A DNA stretch of 64,000 nt from contig MFSH01000002.1 in assembly GCA_001784875.1 (NCBI GenBank), forward strand, positions 1,220-65,219. The letters run 5' to 3'. Made by a program: the position numbers and the translations under genes. This stretch comes from Candidatus Moranbacteria bacterium RIFOXYB1_FULL_43_19. Lineage in GTDB: Bacteria > Patescibacteriota > Minisyncoccia > Moranbacterales > UBA11712. Positions 38,480-49,175 of the stretch are shown here, piece after piece. The notes beneath the pieces were generated by a model. It ran no database searches. It was not told the DNA's origin and worked only from the letters and a program-made list of their open reading frames with translations. Each line of letters begins with the position of its first letter. Position 1 is the first letter of the stretch.

Positions 38480-38920
38480 CTATAAGTAACTTTGTATGAT
38501 ATCATCCACCATCTCCGGTTTCACTCGCTCAAAAATCTGTCCTTCCACTTCAACCACCGGTCCCCGGTCGCAAAGCCCCAGGCAGCTTATGTATTCCAAT
38601 TTATATTTCGGGTGAGCGTCATTTCCAGCCTCAAGACCAAGAAGCATTTCAATTTGACGGGCTACTTTGGCTGAATCTTTCGAGAGACATGGCCCCCCGG
38701 AGCAGATTCTGATATTTTTTTTGGTTTCTTTTTTGGTCCGGATTTCATTGAAAAAACTGGCGAAGCTGTATATTCGCGCCAGAGGCAACGAGAAATAGTC
38801 GGCAATTTTTTCACATTCTTTTTCCCCGATGTATTTGTTTTCTTTTTGAGCGGCTTTGAGCGCCCGGAGCAAATTTTCCGGCTTTGGCTCAATTTGGACA
38901 AGAATCTTTTGAAGAGACAT
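38480..38920 (-). CDS. hydC: NuoE-like 2Fe-2S hydrogenase gamma subunit
   Basis: ICSGGPC..SCLGLCDRGP. Confidence 0.88.
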   Translation of the reverse strand: MSLQKILVQIEPKPENLLRALKAAQKENKYIGEKECEKIADYFSLPLARIYSFASFFNEIRTKKETKKNIRICSGGPCLSKDSAKVARQIEMLLGLEAGNDAHPKYKLEYISCLGLCDRGPVVEVEGQIFERVKPEMVDDIIQSYL

Positions 38921-39090
38921 ACATGTATTTTAACATAATTGCGGAAAAGGGAGAAGTTTTGTAAAATAAACTTGAAGAATTGTGAATTTGGAATTTTGAA
39001 TTGAGAACGGGAATCTAGAACGAGAAATTCAAAATTCAATATTCCCATTTATAATTCTCAATTCACAGTTCTAAATTCTAATTTAAAAAT

Positions 39091-39636
39091 ATGATCGAAA
39101 ACAACAACACGGAGACAATTGCGACAACTTTTCCTGTCGCAACTTACCAAACCAAAGACCTCGCCTGGACGCTTATTATGATTCTTGCCGCCGTCGTTCT
39201 TCCTGCCCTTCTGGCCCATACGCCGCAAAACCAGTGGGTCACGGGCACAATCGTGAACGCCCTGCTATTTTTAGCCGTTTGGCGCGTGGGATTCGTAAAC
39301 GCAGCTTTCGTCGCCACTCTGCCGTCGTCAATCGCTCTCATGCGCGGTCTGCTCCCCGCGCCGATGGCGGTATTGATTCCGTTTATCATCTTGTCTAATA
39401 TAATTCTCGTCGCCGCTTTTTACACCTTGAAAAAATACCCGCTTGCGGGTATTGTCTCGGCATCTTTTCTAAAATTCTTTTTTCTTTTTGCGATTACTTC
39501 TTATCTCATAAAAGTCGCTTCGCCCCTTCTTGTCATGATGCACTGGCCGCAGCTTTTCACAGCTCTCGCCGGCGGATTGATTGCAATTGGAATCGTCAAA
39601 ATAACCAATTCACTTGTTCCTAAAGTCCGACTTTAG
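39091..39636 (+). CDS. Membrane protein, ECF S-component-like
   Basis: QWVTGTIVNA, five to six TM segments, WPQLFTALAGG; divergent from the hydrogenase operon. Confidence 0.55.
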   Translation: MIENNNTETIATTFPVATYQTKDLAWTLIMILAAVVLPALLAHTPQNQWVTGTIVNALLFLAVWRVGFVNAAFVATLPSSIALMRGLLPAPMAVLIPFIILSNIILVAAFYTLKKYPLAGIVSASFLKFFFLFAITSYLIKVASPLLVMMHWPQLFTALAGGLIAIGIVKITNSLVPKVRL

Positions 39637-39644
39637 GAATAGCT

Positions 39645-40310
39645 TTACTCAAAAACCATATCCTTGTCTTGTTTTCTCATTTGAAAGTCGGCAATATTTT
39701 CTGCCGCGTATTCTTCTAGTTCCTTGGGATTTCTAAAATCTCCTCTAAATTCTTCATCTCTTGCTAAAGTATCTCTGCTTTTTCCAATGTGATGCGAAAA
39801 ACTGCACCAGGAATAACTTTTCGCCGCACAAACTTTATGCACTTCACTATTGCAACTCACGTAAACTGAAAATCTCGAAAGTGAACCCTCATTTTTTATC
39901 TGCGAAGATTTGAATTTACCCTGAAATAAGGCGCCGTTTCGCTTATTCTTCTCGTTGAAATATTTCGTATAACTTGTGCCTAGTTTTTGCAAAAATTTTT
40001 CAATTCCTTTTTCGACTTTTTGCTTCAAAATCATATGATAGTGATTTGACATAAGGCAATAGCTGACAATATCCACAAGATATTCTCTTTTCCTAAAGTT
40101 CGACTTTAGGAAGTGATTGAGGTTGGCATTTTTGACGCATTTCTTGTAGTCGCGCCACTTTATCATCGCTCCGTCTTCCATATCATTCAGAAGATTCATC
40201 GAGATAAGAAACCGAGAAAAATCTCTGTCATCCAAAAAAACATTTCGCTTGTCCACGCCGCGATTATAGATGTGATAGTATTCATTTTCTACGAGAGGCG
40301 TTTTTCTCAT
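39645..40310 (-). mobile_element. REP-associated tyrosine (Y1/HUH) transposase, RAYT-like
   Basis: YYHIYNRGVDKRNVF, YCLMSNHYH (HUH), LFQGKFKS, YSWCS. Confidence 0.85.
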
Positions 40311-40445
40311 CGTATTTCATCTCTCTCCTAAAGTTCGACTTTAGGATAACAGATTTTTTGAGATTATACAAAAAACGAGCTGAAAATGCCCGTTTTTCTC
40401 TATTCCTAAAGTCGAACTTTAGGAAGGGTTAACTTTAGCAAAACT

Positions 40446-41195
40446 CTATTTCGAGCACAAATACGCTTTGCCAAGAGCGGCTTTGTATGGAAATACACTT
40501 CCGCAACTGCTTCCGGGAGAATAAAAAAAAGTGCCAGTTCCGCCAATGCCATTAATGTTGCATCCAGAATATCCACACCAATCAGACGTAGAACCATAAC
40601 AAACCCCCCACTCACCCAAGTCTTTTGCCACATTAAATCCGCTGTCACAGAGCCCCTGTGTCCCTATAACAACAGAAGCGGGACATACAGGAGTTGCCAT
40701 TTTAGCATCGTACAAACAAGTGGCTGTATATGAAAAACTTCCTCCCGCCGCCACCGCCGCTTCGATGGCGCGCTGGGTGGGATCCCCGGTGGTTTGGGTT
40801 CCGACAGCGCGGACGGCTTTGACGGTTGAGATATCTGCGTCAGCGATGATAACTTTCCCATTTTCATCGAGAAGATAAAGATCACAGCCAAATCCCGTGG
40901 GACAAGGTATTTTTCCTCCCGCAGTAAAGTCATCGAAAACACTGATAATTGTGGTTCCAGTCGCGTTAGCTATCTTGTTGAGCGCCCATTCTACTCCGGA
41001 GTCGGCTTTGAAGAAGGAGCTGACGGAGCTTTTGGTTTTGGAGCTCATTTGCTGTTCCATGACCGTCACATAGGAAAGGCTCACTACCATGGAAAGAACT
41101 ACGAAAAGGAGAATGGTGGTGAGAAGGAGGGCGGAACCTTTGCCTACTGGCGGGCAAGCTTTTTTTGATTGTTGACGCTTTGTTTTGGTTTTCAT
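40446..41195 (-). CDS. Pilin-like (PilX-type) protein with Cys/Gly-rich C-terminal domain
   Basis: Basic leader then KG|SALLLTTILLFVVL, FFKADSGVEWAL; many Cys after AIEAAVAAGG. Confidence 0.65.
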   Translation of the reverse strand: MKTKTKRQQSKKACPPVGKGSALLLTTILLFVVLSMVVSLSYVTVMEQQMSSKTKSSVSSFFKADSGVEWALNKIANATGTTIISVFDDFTAGGKIPCPTGFGCDLYLLDENGKVIIADADISTVKAVRAVGTQTTGDPTQRAIEAAVAAGGSFSYTATCLYDAKMATPVCPASVVIGTQGLCDSGFNVAKDLGEWGVCYGSTSDWCGYSGCNINGIGGTGTFFYSPGSSCGSVFPYKAALGKAYLCSK

Positions 41196-41369
41196 TGGTT
41201 TTTTTTGTGAAGAATTACTTTTATACCTTCAGAATACCCCCCCCCCGACGCTTGGTGTCAAATCGAAAAATGCGGATAAACGTGGTATCATTCCTAAAGT
41301 TCGACTTTAGGAATAAAAAAAACAGCCTCGACGTGACGTCGGAGCTGTTTTTTATATAGAATATCAATA

Positions 41370-41675
41370 TTATATCTTCGTAATTTCCACTTCGGTGAAC
41401 ATCTGGCGATGCCCGAATTTAACCTTATACCTTTTTTTTGCCTTATATTTGATTCCCCAAACTTTTTTGGCTTTTGCCTGCTTCAAAATTTTCCCTTCAA
41501 CAACCGCGCCTTTCAAGAAAGGATTTCCGACTTTGACGGACTTTTCGTCGCCCAAAAACAAAACTTCGGAAAATTTCGCCGCGCTTCCCTCTTTCCCCTC
41601 GATTTTTTCAATTTTTATCTTATCGCCCTTTTTGACAAGATACTGCTTTCCGCCAGTCTTTATTACAGCTAACAT
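41370..41675 (-). CDS. rplU: 50S ribosomal protein L21
   Basis: MLAVIKTGGKQYLV..GHRQMFT. Confidence 0.97.
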   Translation of the reverse strand: MLAVIKTGGKQYLVKKGDKIKIEKIEGKEGSAAKFSEVLFLGDEKSVKVGNPFLKGAVVEGKILKQAKAKKVWGIKYKAKKRYKVKFGHRQMFTEVEITKI

Positions 41676-41861
41676 AATATTTCTTTCTTAAAATCACTTA
41701 TACAGACTATAGAAATTCCGGTGCAATGTCAAGGTTATTTGCTGTGAGTTACAAAGCTGTGGGCAATGGGACTGGTTGTGAGTCATAAGTTGTGGGACTC
41801 TTGTCCCAACGACCCACTGCTAATGACCTGACCCACAACTCACTGCCTTGTTACCAATAAC

Positions 41862-43067
41862 CTATTCTAAAACCGCCTTCAACTCTATTTCTTGCCCATC
41901 CCGCATGACTTTCAGGCTGATTTCCTCCCCCGGCTTATGCTTTGAGACAAGGCGCGCCAGATTATTTTCCGCGTTCACTTCTTCTCCGTTCACGGACAGA
42001 ATCACATCCTGAATTTTGAGCCCCGCCTTTTCGGCCGCGCTTCCCGCGATGATCGCCAAACCTTGCTGTCCGCTGGGAGAATATACCAGAGCTCCCCGGT
42101 CTGGACTGCCGAAAAGAGCGGCTGACTCGCTAGTTAGGGAAAAATAATAGGCCCCCAGAGTTCCCCTTTTCACCGATCCGCTTGAAATATAATGGTTCAT
42201 AAGCTCCTGGATCAAGTCTGAAGAAACAATGAAATATTGTTTTTGGCCGGATATTTTTCGAACACCCAGAATTCCAATCACGCTCCCGCTATAATTGGAC
42301 ACTGCTCCGCCGACCACTTTATCGTCTCCCTCTTCATTCATGTCAAAATCGGCAATATAAACACCTTGCAGCTTGTCCGAGAGCGGCAGTGCACCCGCCA
42401 GCGAAAAATCAGAATCATATTGGCTCACGAGGCCGGCTTTATAAATAGCCTGGAAATTGTTTCCGCTTCTCCCGATAGCAACGGCTTTCATTCCAACTTT
42501 CATGTCTTCGGATGCGATAAAGGAAGCCACCGGAAGACTGGGAGCGCCGTCAATCTTGAGAAGGACAAGATTTGTGAAACTGTCTATCGCCACCAGCCGG
42601 GCGTCAAAGAACTTGTCTTTTTGGATAAAGATACGATATTTCGACTTTTCATCTAAAATAGCTTCCCTGTGGGCGAGAATCAGCCCGTCAGCGGTGATAA
42701 CCAGTCCGCTCCCGTATTTCACAAAATCCGCGTCTTTCATTTTTCCCGGATCTTTACTTTCGTCTTTCAGGGATAAAATCTCAACCACGCTCGAAGCCGA
42801 CTCGTTTGAATATCGTGAAATTGTCTGGTCCTCGGAAACTGTCACTTGCTCGGTTTTGTTCACCACGACAATGTCTTGGGTGGCTTTTTTGAAAAAATCG
42901 TATTTTCCCGCCCATTTCACAGTCGCAAGATACGGAAATATATAGCGGTCAATGACAATCAAGCTGGCTCCGGAAAGAAAAAATACAAGCAAAACAAAAA
43001 AAACGATCCTCACAATTTTTCGGATCCAGTTTTTCCTTATTCTGTTTTTTCCTTCTTTTCCAGTCAT
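41862..43067 (-). CDS. Membrane-anchored HtrA/DegP-like trypsin-fold + PDZ protein with degenerate triad
   Basis: N-terminal TM; GSGLVITADGLIL; PDZ GSAAEKAGLKIQDVILSVNG. Confidence 0.75.
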   Translation of the reverse strand: MTGKEGKNRIRKNWIRKIVRIVFFVLLVFFLSGASLIVIDRYIFPYLATVKWAGKYDFFKKATQDIVVVNKTEQVTVSEDQTISRYSNESASSVVEILSLKDESKDPGKMKDADFVKYGSGLVITADGLILAHREAILDEKSKYRIFIQKDKFFDARLVAIDSFTNLVLLKIDGAPSLPVASFIASEDMKVGMKAVAIGRSGNNFQAIYKAGLVSQYDSDFSLAGALPLSDKLQGVYIADFDMNEEGDDKVVGGAVSNYSGSVIGILGVRKISGQKQYFIVSSDLIQELMNHYISSGSVKRGTLGAYYFSLTSESAALFGSPDRGALVYSPSGQQGLAIIAGSAAEKAGLKIQDVILSVNGEEVNAENNLARLVSKHKPGEEISLKVMRDGQEIELKAVLE

Positions 43068-43071
43068 GAAG

Positions 43072-43878
43072 TTAAACAGCCGGATACCATTTCGCACTGA
43101 GAAGAATGAGCGAAGCTGTTCCGGCCAGAAACAGTATGTTGAAAGCCAGCCTTTTTGCCGTCATTTTGTCCAAGAAATAATTCCGGATAATTTCCCATCC
43201 AGAATAAAAGATTATAAGGGCAGCCACGCCGGTTGTCAAGTATCCAAAAGGCCAGGAACTTTGAAACCAGATTGAAACCGCTATCAGGTAGGAAAGAAAA
43301 ACCCCATAGAAAACACGTTGGCTGCGGTTCATCTTGAGTTCATTGACGATAAACAAGGCGTAAGCAATGGGAAAAGTGATAATCGCGAAAAGAATCATGA
43401 TTATCCAGGCTGGTGAGGCAATATTGAGATACCAGCCATAACCGGCCGTAAACCAGCAAAAAAGGGCGGAGAGTGCCGCCAGATTGGACATCGCCTTGGC
43501 GGTCAGATCTTTTTCATATTTTCCGAGCCGATACGCGCCGAGAACCGCCAGATAGAAAACTCCGGCCGAAAGAACCAGGAAGGCTTTGGCCTGGGAGGGT
43601 GAATCAATAAGCGGCAAAAGAAGGACAGAGCCGACAAAAAGAAAAGCGAGAATAATGAAGTGGAAATATTTTCGGGAAATCCACTTTATGGAAATAAGAA
43701 GAACCAAAAGAAAAATTATCCCATTCCAGAGAAAATTGGCCGGATAGCTAAAGGCCATCCAGAGCGCCCCGAAATACAAAAGGGTGAGAAACAAAATACT
43801 AAACTCCCAAAGCAAAGTCGTAATGTGTAATATATAATCTGTAATTGGGATAGGATTACAAAAAGTCCTAATTACCAA
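43072..43878 (-). CDS. Hypothetical multi-TM membrane protein (start uncertain)
   Basis: Many hydrophobic segments; the 5' end of the track ORF runs through a heptamer repeat. Confidence 0.65.
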   Translation of the reverse strand: MVIRTFCNPIPITDYILHITTLLWEFSILFLTLLYFGALWMAFSYPANFLWNGIIFLLVLLISIKWISRKYFHFIILAFLFVGSVLLLPLIDSPSQAKAFLVLSAGVFYLAVLGAYRLGKYEKDLTAKAMSNLAALSALFCWFTAGYGWYLNIASPAWIIMILFAIITFPIAYALFIVNELKMNRSQRVFYGVFLSYLIAVSIWFQSSWPFGYLTTGVAALIIFYSGWEIIRNYFLDKMTAKRLAFNILFLAGTASLILLSAKWYPAV

Positions 43879-43917
43879 TTACTAATTACCAATTACTTTA
43901 TATTTACAATTTACAAT

Positions 43918-46527
43918 TCAAACAATTGATATTTTTCCGCCTTTCACACCGACTTTTACCCGGCTTCCTTCTTTTATTTTCCTTTCAATGATCCGAAGGG
44001 CCAATTCGTCCAAAACCATATTCTGAATGGCGCGTTTCAGGGGCCGCGCCCCGAAAACCGGATCAAAGCCGGATTTGGCAAGAAGATTTTCCGCTTCCGG
44101 ATTCACTTCCAGCTTGATATTTTTTTGAAGGAGGCGAAGGCGCACCAGCTCCAGCTGAAGTTCAATGATTCTTTTTATCTGCTCGGTTCCAAGCGGATGG
44201 AAGATTATGGTTTCATCAACCCGGTTCAAAAATTCGGGCTTGAATTTTTCGCGCAAGGATTGCATCACTTTTTCTTTCATTTCTTCTTCGCGAAGAACCA
44301 TTTTTTCGCTTTTCCCGTCACGAAAGCCAAAATCCTGCATTTTGTAGATTATCTCCGAGCCAACGTTTGAAGTCATCACAACAACGGTATTTTTGAAATT
44401 TACCACCCGCCCCTTGGCATCCGTGAGACGCCCTTCGTCAAGAATCTGAAGAAGGACGTTAAATACATCATGATGGGCTTTTTCAATTTCGTCAAAGAGA
44501 ATAAGGCTGTAGGGCCTTCGGCGCACTTTTTCCGTAAGTTGACCACCTTCTTCATATCCGATATATCCCGGGGGAGATCCGACTATTTTGGCCACCGAAT
44601 GCTGCTCCATATATTCACTCATATCCACCCGGATCATGGCGTTTTCGTCGTTGAACAAGAATTCAGACAAGGCTTTGGCCAGTTCTGTTTTTCCAACGCC
44701 TGTCGGCCCAAGAAAAATAAATGATCCGATTGGCCGGTTTTCCTCGGAAATTCCGGCCCTCGAGCGACGCAGGGAATTTGCCACGGCCCGGATAGCCTCA
44801 TCTTGGCCGACTACCCGCTTTTTGAGAACTTCTTCAATTCTCGAGAGTTTTTCCATTTCCCCTTCCAGCATTTTAGTAACTGGAATTCCCGTCCAGCGGG
44901 AAACCACTTTGGCAATATCTTCTTCAGAAACTTCTTCTTTGAGAATCGGGTTCTTTTTTTGGAGTACGACCAGTTTTTTTTGCTCGGTTTTTATTTTCTT
45001 CTCCAGTTCCGGAATCCTTCCGTAGCGAATTTCAGCCACCATAGCCAATTCTCCTTTCTGTTCCTTAATTTCCGACTCGCTTTTCAGCCGGTCAATTTCG
45101 CTTTTATGAGCCCTGATATTGGTAATTAGGTCCTTTTCGCTTTTCCATTGCAATTTCCAGCTGTTCACTTTTTCCTTGATGTCGGCCAGCTTCCTTTCGA
45201 TTTCTTTGAGGCGTTTTTTGGAATTTTTGTCCTTTTCTTTTTTGATGGCTTCTTTTTCGATTTCCAGTTTTCTTTTCTGGTGTTCAAGGTCGTCAATTTC
45301 AGCCGGCAAGCTGTCAATTTCCATTCGGAGCGCCGAAGAAGCCTCGTCGATGAGATCCACCGCTTTGTCGGGAAGATTGCGGTCCGTGATATAGCGGCTC
45401 GATAATTTGGCGGCCGCGACAAGCGCCGCGTCAGTCACTCGGACTCCGTGATGAACTTCGTATTTTTCCTTGAGTCCCCGGAGAATGGCAACCGTGTCTT
45501 CAACTGAAGGCTCGCTGACATACACCGGCTGAAAACGCCTCTCGAGAGCAGCGTCGCGCTCGATATATCTTTGATATTCCTTGAGAGTTGTCGCGCCGAT
45601 GGCTTTTATTTTTCCGCGGGCCAGGGCGGGTTTGAGCATATTCGATGCGTCCATTGCCCCTTCCATCGCCCCGGCTCCGACCAGAGTGTGAAGCTCGTCA
45701 ATAAACAAAATATAGCGGCCGGCCGATTTTTCGATTTCCTTGATAACCGCTTTGAACCGCTCTTCAAATTCCCCCCTGAATTTCGAACCGGCCAGAAGAA
45801 GTCCCAGGTCAAGCATCAGAATCTCTTTTCCTTTCAAGTTTTCCGGAACATCGCCGGCCACGATCCGCTGGGCGAGCCCCTCGACAATGGCTGTTTTTCC
45901 GGTTCCGGCTTCGCCAATCAGGACCGGATTGTTTTTTGTCCGGCGCGTGAGCACCTGCATGATGCGGCGGATTTCTTCCTCGCGGCCCACGACCGGATCA
46001 AGTTTTTTCTGGGCCGCTTCTTGAGTTAGGTTTATGGTGAATTTTTCAAGCACTTGGTATTTTCCTTCCGGCATCGGACTGTCCACTTTTTGGCTCCCGC
46101 GAACTTCTTTCAATATTTTTGCGACTTTGCTCTTCGCAATCCCGTTTGCTTCCATCATTTTTTTGGCGTTGCTCGGCACCTCAAGAAGAGCCAAAAACAT
46201 GTGCTCGGTGCTGACAAATTCGTCTCCCATCGCTTTGGCCTGACTGAAGGATTCTTGAAGGACGCTTGCCATTTCAGTGGAAAGATAAAACTGGGGCGTG
46301 CCGGTCACCTTCGGAATTTTTTCTATGTCGGCGTATATCTTTTGCTTCAGTTTTTCCCTTTCTACCTCAAGTTTATCGATAATCGTCGGAACAATGCTTT
46401 CCTGCTGGCCGAGAAGGATGTAAAGAAGATGCAAAACATCCACCATATTTTGCTGGAGATTTTGTGAAATTTGCTGGGCTCCCTGGAGAGCCTCCTGTGA
46501 TTTGACAGTAAGCTTATTTAAGTCCAT
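43918..46527 (-). CDS. clpB: ATP-dependent disaggregase ClpB
   Basis: Two AAA+ modules ([16 protein letters not shown]), long coiled-coil middle domain. Confidence 0.95.
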   Translation of the reverse strand: MDLNKLTVKSQEALQGAQQISQNLQQNMVDVLHLLYILLGQQESIVPTIIDKLEVEREKLKQKIYADIEKIPKVTGTPQFYLSTEMASVLQESFSQAKAMGDEFVSTEHMFLALLEVPSNAKKMMEANGIAKSKVAKILKEVRGSQKVDSPMPEGKYQVLEKFTINLTQEAAQKKLDPVVGREEEIRRIMQVLTRRTKNNPVLIGEAGTGKTAIVEGLAQRIVAGDVPENLKGKEILMLDLGLLLAGSKFRGEFEERFKAVIKEIEKSAGRYILFIDELHTLVGAGAMEGAMDASNMLKPALARGKIKAIGATTLKEYQRYIERDAALERRFQPVYVSEPSVEDTVAILRGLKEKYEVHHGVRVTDAALVAAAKLSSRYITDRNLPDKAVDLIDEASSALRMEIDSLPAEIDDLEHQKRKLEIEKEAIKKEKDKNSKKRLKEIERKLADIKEKVNSWKLQWKSEKDLITNIRAHKSEIDRLKSESEIKEQKGELAMVAEIRYGRIPELEKKIKTEQKKLVVLQKKNPILKEEVSEEDIAKVVSRWTGIPVTKMLEGEMEKLSRIEEVLKKRVVGQDEAIRAVANSLRRSRAGISEENRPIGSFIFLGPTGVGKTELAKALSEFLFNDENAMIRVDMSEYMEQHSVAKIVGSPPGYIGYEEGGQLTEKVRRRPYSLILFDEIEKAHHDVFNVLLQILDEGRLTDAKGRVVNFKNTVVVMTSNVGSEIIYKMQDFGFRDGKSEKMVLREEEMKEKVMQSLREKFKPEFLNRVDETIIFHPLGTEQIKRIIELQLELVRLRLLQKNIKLEVNPEAENLLAKSGFDPVFGARPLKRAIQNMVLDELALRIIERKIKEGSRVKVGVKGGKISIV

Positions 46528-46545
46528 TATTTTGTAATTTATTGA

Positions 46546-46572
46546 TTAGCACTCTCTTCAGACGAGTGCTAA
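46546..46572. promoter_or_regulatory. CIRCE element (HrcA operator)
   Basis: Perfect TTAGCACTC-N9-GAGTGCTAA upstream of clpB. Confidence 0.95.
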
Positions 46573-46575
46573 TTT

Positions 46576-46603
46576 ATTATACTTTCTTCATGCATTATGT
46601 CAA
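46576..46603 (-). promoter_or_regulatory. Sigma70-type promoter of clpB
   Basis: TTGACA-N16-TATAAT on the minus strand directly upstream of CIRCE. Confidence 0.8.
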
Positions 46604-46635
46604 GACATAGTTTATTACGAAAAAGTTCGCCAAGT

Positions 46636-47259
46636 TTATTCATTCTGATTCACCAGCGGAACGAACGCAAATCCCGGATATTCAACTTCATGAAAAACTT
46701 TGTCAGAAATTTTTTCAACCGTCCAGATGCTGTTTTTCACCGGAATCACGAGGCGCCCGCCGACGGCTAATTGCTTTTTAAGCTCTATCGGAATTTCATC
46801 CGCGGCGGCGGAAACCAGGATGCGCTGGTAGGGCGCTTCATTGACATAACCTTTAGATCCGTCAGCGCAGATGATTTTCACCCGTCCGCCCTCGACGAGG
46901 TGATATTTGCTCACGTTATTCATCCCGAAATGGCAAAGATCTTTGAATCTTTCCATTCCGATGATTTTTCCTTTTTCTCCGACAATATAAGCGAGAAGCG
47001 CTGTTGTCCAACCGGAACCGGAGCCGATATCCAGAACTTTATCTCCCGGCAGAGCCCCGAGTTCTTCCAGCATAAAAGCCACCGTAAGTGGCTGGGAAAT
47101 GGTCTGCCCCTGTCCAATGGGGAGCGGAATATTGGCTTGTGAGGCGCTTTCCAGTTCAACTGGCACGAAATCCACCCGCCGGACTTTCGAAAAAGCGTCA
47201 ATTATCCGGTCTGTTTTGAGATAACCCTGATATATCAAATCCTTTATCAAGTTATTCAT
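46636..47259 (-). CDS. pcm: Protein-L-isoaspartate O-methyltransferase
   Basis: LPIGQGQTISQP, VLDIGSGSGW, GGRLVIP, FVPL. Confidence 0.93.
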   Translation of the reverse strand: MNNLIKDLIYQGYLKTDRIIDAFSKVRRVDFVPVELESASQANIPLPIGQGQTISQPLTVAFMLEELGALPGDKVLDIGSGSGWTTALLAYIVGEKGKIIGMERFKDLCHFGMNNVSKYHLVEGGRVKIICADGSKGYVNEAPYQRILVSAAADEIPIELKKQLAVGGRLVIPVKNSIWTVEKISDKVFHEVEYPGFAFVPLVNQNE

Positions 47260-47396
47260 AGATTTTAAAAATCCTAAATCCTAATATCTAAATTCTAAAC
47301 AACACTAAAATCTAAAAAACCAAACTCGAAACGTTTCGAAAATTTGGATTTTGATATTTGGATTTGTTTAGGATTTAGTGCTTGGGATTTAGGATT

Positions 47397-47837
47397 TCAC
47401 TCGCCGATTATTTGCACAATCACTTTCCTTTTTCTCCCCCCGTCCATTTCGACCAGGAAAATTTTTTGGAGGCTTCCCAAAAGCATTTTTCCATTTTCGA
47501 CCGGCACGGTTTCACTAACTCCGATAAGAAGGTTCTTGCAATGGCTGTGGCCATTGCTTCTCCCGTCGGAGCGGGTTGTTCGTTTCAGCTCAAAAAGGTC
47601 ATGGGAATATCTCTCGTCAATCGGCACCAGCCGATAAAGGAGCCTTTGGAAATCCTGGAGAAGCAAAGATTCATTTTCGTTTATGGTGATTCCGGCCGTT
47701 GTGTGTCCGGAGAAAACCAGCACTTGTCCGTTTTGAATCTTTGATTCCTTGACGGCTTCATCGACTTCGTGAGTAATGTCTATGAATTCAATTTGGCTTC
47801 GAGATTCCTGTTCAATTGTTTTTTTGTGTATTTTCAT
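47397..47837 (-). CDS. yjbQ: YjbQ/UPF0047 family protein
   Basis: HTTAGITINENE, NGHSH, LGSLQKIFLVEMDG. Confidence 0.88.
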   Translation of the reverse strand: MKIHKKTIEQESRSQIEFIDITHEVDEAVKESKIQNGQVLVFSGHTTAGITINENESLLLQDFQRLLYRLVPIDERYSHDLFELKRTTRSDGRSNGHSHCKNLLIGVSETVPVENGKMLLGSLQKIFLVEMDGGRKRKVIVQIIGE

Positions 47838-47929
47838 TTTTATATAAGAAATTAGATATAAGAAAGCAAAAACAAAATTAGAAATAAAAAAGACAGAAAA
47901 TAAATTTCTTATTTTTTATTTCTTATATC

Positions 47930-49072
47930 TTATCTGAAAGCTCCTGCCACTGCCTTCGCCACCCGCTTGTCCAGCACTTCTGGCACAATTCTATCATTTT
48001 TTGGGTTTTTCACCAAGCCTGCAATGGCGAGAGCCGCTTTTATCTTGATTTTGTCTGAAATAATTTTTGTCCGGGTGTCGAGCGCGCCTCGGAAAATTCC
48101 CGGAAAAACAAGAGCGTTGTTAATTTGATTTGGAAAATCGCTCCGGCCTGTTGCAACAACTGTTGCTCCGCCCAATTTGGCTTCCTTATAGGATATTTCC
48201 GGTTCCGGATTGCACATGGCGAAAACGATTGCTCTCTTGTTCATCTTCGAAATATCCGATTTTTTCAGGAGATTTGACGCCGAAACTCCGACAAAAACAT
48301 CGGCTCCCTGAAGAGCTGTTCCCAAATCCTTTATGTATCTGTCATTGTTCGTCGCGCAGGCAATTTCTTTTTTAGCGCCCTGCACATCTCGCGCGCACCG
48401 GCAGCAAAGCGACCCCTTGCTGTCAAAAACAATGATATTTCTGGCTCCATATTTTTTCAGCAGTTTCGTGATAGCTGTTCCCGCCGCTCCCGCACCGGAA
48501 ACCACGATCCGGACACGGCTGATATCTTTCTTTACGACTTTGAGCGCGTTTATGAGACCCGCCAGAACGGCAATGGCCGTCCCATGCTGGTCATCATGAA
48601 AAACGGGAATATCCAGCTCCCTAACCAGTTTCTCTTCAATTTCAAAACATCTCGGAGCGGAAATATCCTCAAGGTTGATTCCACCAAATCCGGAAGCAAT
48701 ATTTTTCACCGTTTCAATGATTTTTGTCGTGTTTTGAGTGCTCAAGACTATCGGCACAGCATCAATATTCGCCAGTTCTTTGAAAAGCGCCGCTTTCCCT
48801 TCCATCACCGGAAGCGCCGCCTCCGGGCCCAAATTCCCCAATCCAAGAACTGCGCTGCCGTCTGTCACAATTGCCACATTGCTGCCTTTCCAAGTGAGAT
48901 CATAGACCCGTTTTTTTTTCCTTGCTATTTTTTGAGAAAGTTTGGCAACACCGGGAGTATAGATTAGCGGTAAATTATGCTTCGTAAGTTTATTGCGACT
49001 TCTGATTTCTATCTTAGATCCGGATATACGTTTAATTGAATTTTGAATTTTGAATTTTGAATTTTGAATCAA
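47930..49072 (-). CDS. NAD(P)-dependent malic enzyme
   Basis: YTPGVA, TDGSAVLGLG, PVMEGK, NLEDISAP, FHDDQHGTA, GRSDFPNQINN. Confidence 0.92.
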   Translation of the reverse strand: MIQNSKFKIQNSIKRISGSKIEIRSRNKLTKHNLPLIYTPGVAKLSQKIARKKKRVYDLTWKGSNVAIVTDGSAVLGLGNLGPEAALPVMEGKAALFKELANIDAVPIVLSTQNTTKIIETVKNIASGFGGINLEDISAPRCFEIEEKLVRELDIPVFHDDQHGTAIAVLAGLINALKVVKKDISRVRIVVSGAGAAGTAITKLLKKYGARNIIVFDSKGSLCCRCARDVQGAKKEIACATNNDRYIKDLGTALQGADVFVGVSASNLLKKSDISKMNKRAIVFAMCNPEPEISYKEAKLGGATVVATGRSDFPNQINNALVFPGIFRGALDTRTKIISDKIKIKAALAIAGLVKNPKNDRIVPEVLDKRVAKAVAGAFR

Positions 49073-49175
49073 TTTATAATGATTGAATTTATAATTTCGA
49101 AATTAAGTAATTCAAAATTAATTCGAAATTCGAAATTGGAAATTCAAAATTAAATCTAATAAATGGCAAGCCAAT

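Larger units (their letters stand above)
39617..41313. repeat. Five REP-like 21-23 bp palindromes TTCCTAAAGT-N3-ACTTTAGGAA
   Basis: Copies at 39617-39639, 40090-40112, 40326-40346, 40403-40425, 41291-41313. Confidence 0.85.

Noticed and set aside
39617-41313. Palindromic repeats as a CRISPR array
   Set aside because: Irregular spacing (tens to ~870 bp), copies inside CDSs, no cas genes; they flank a RAYT
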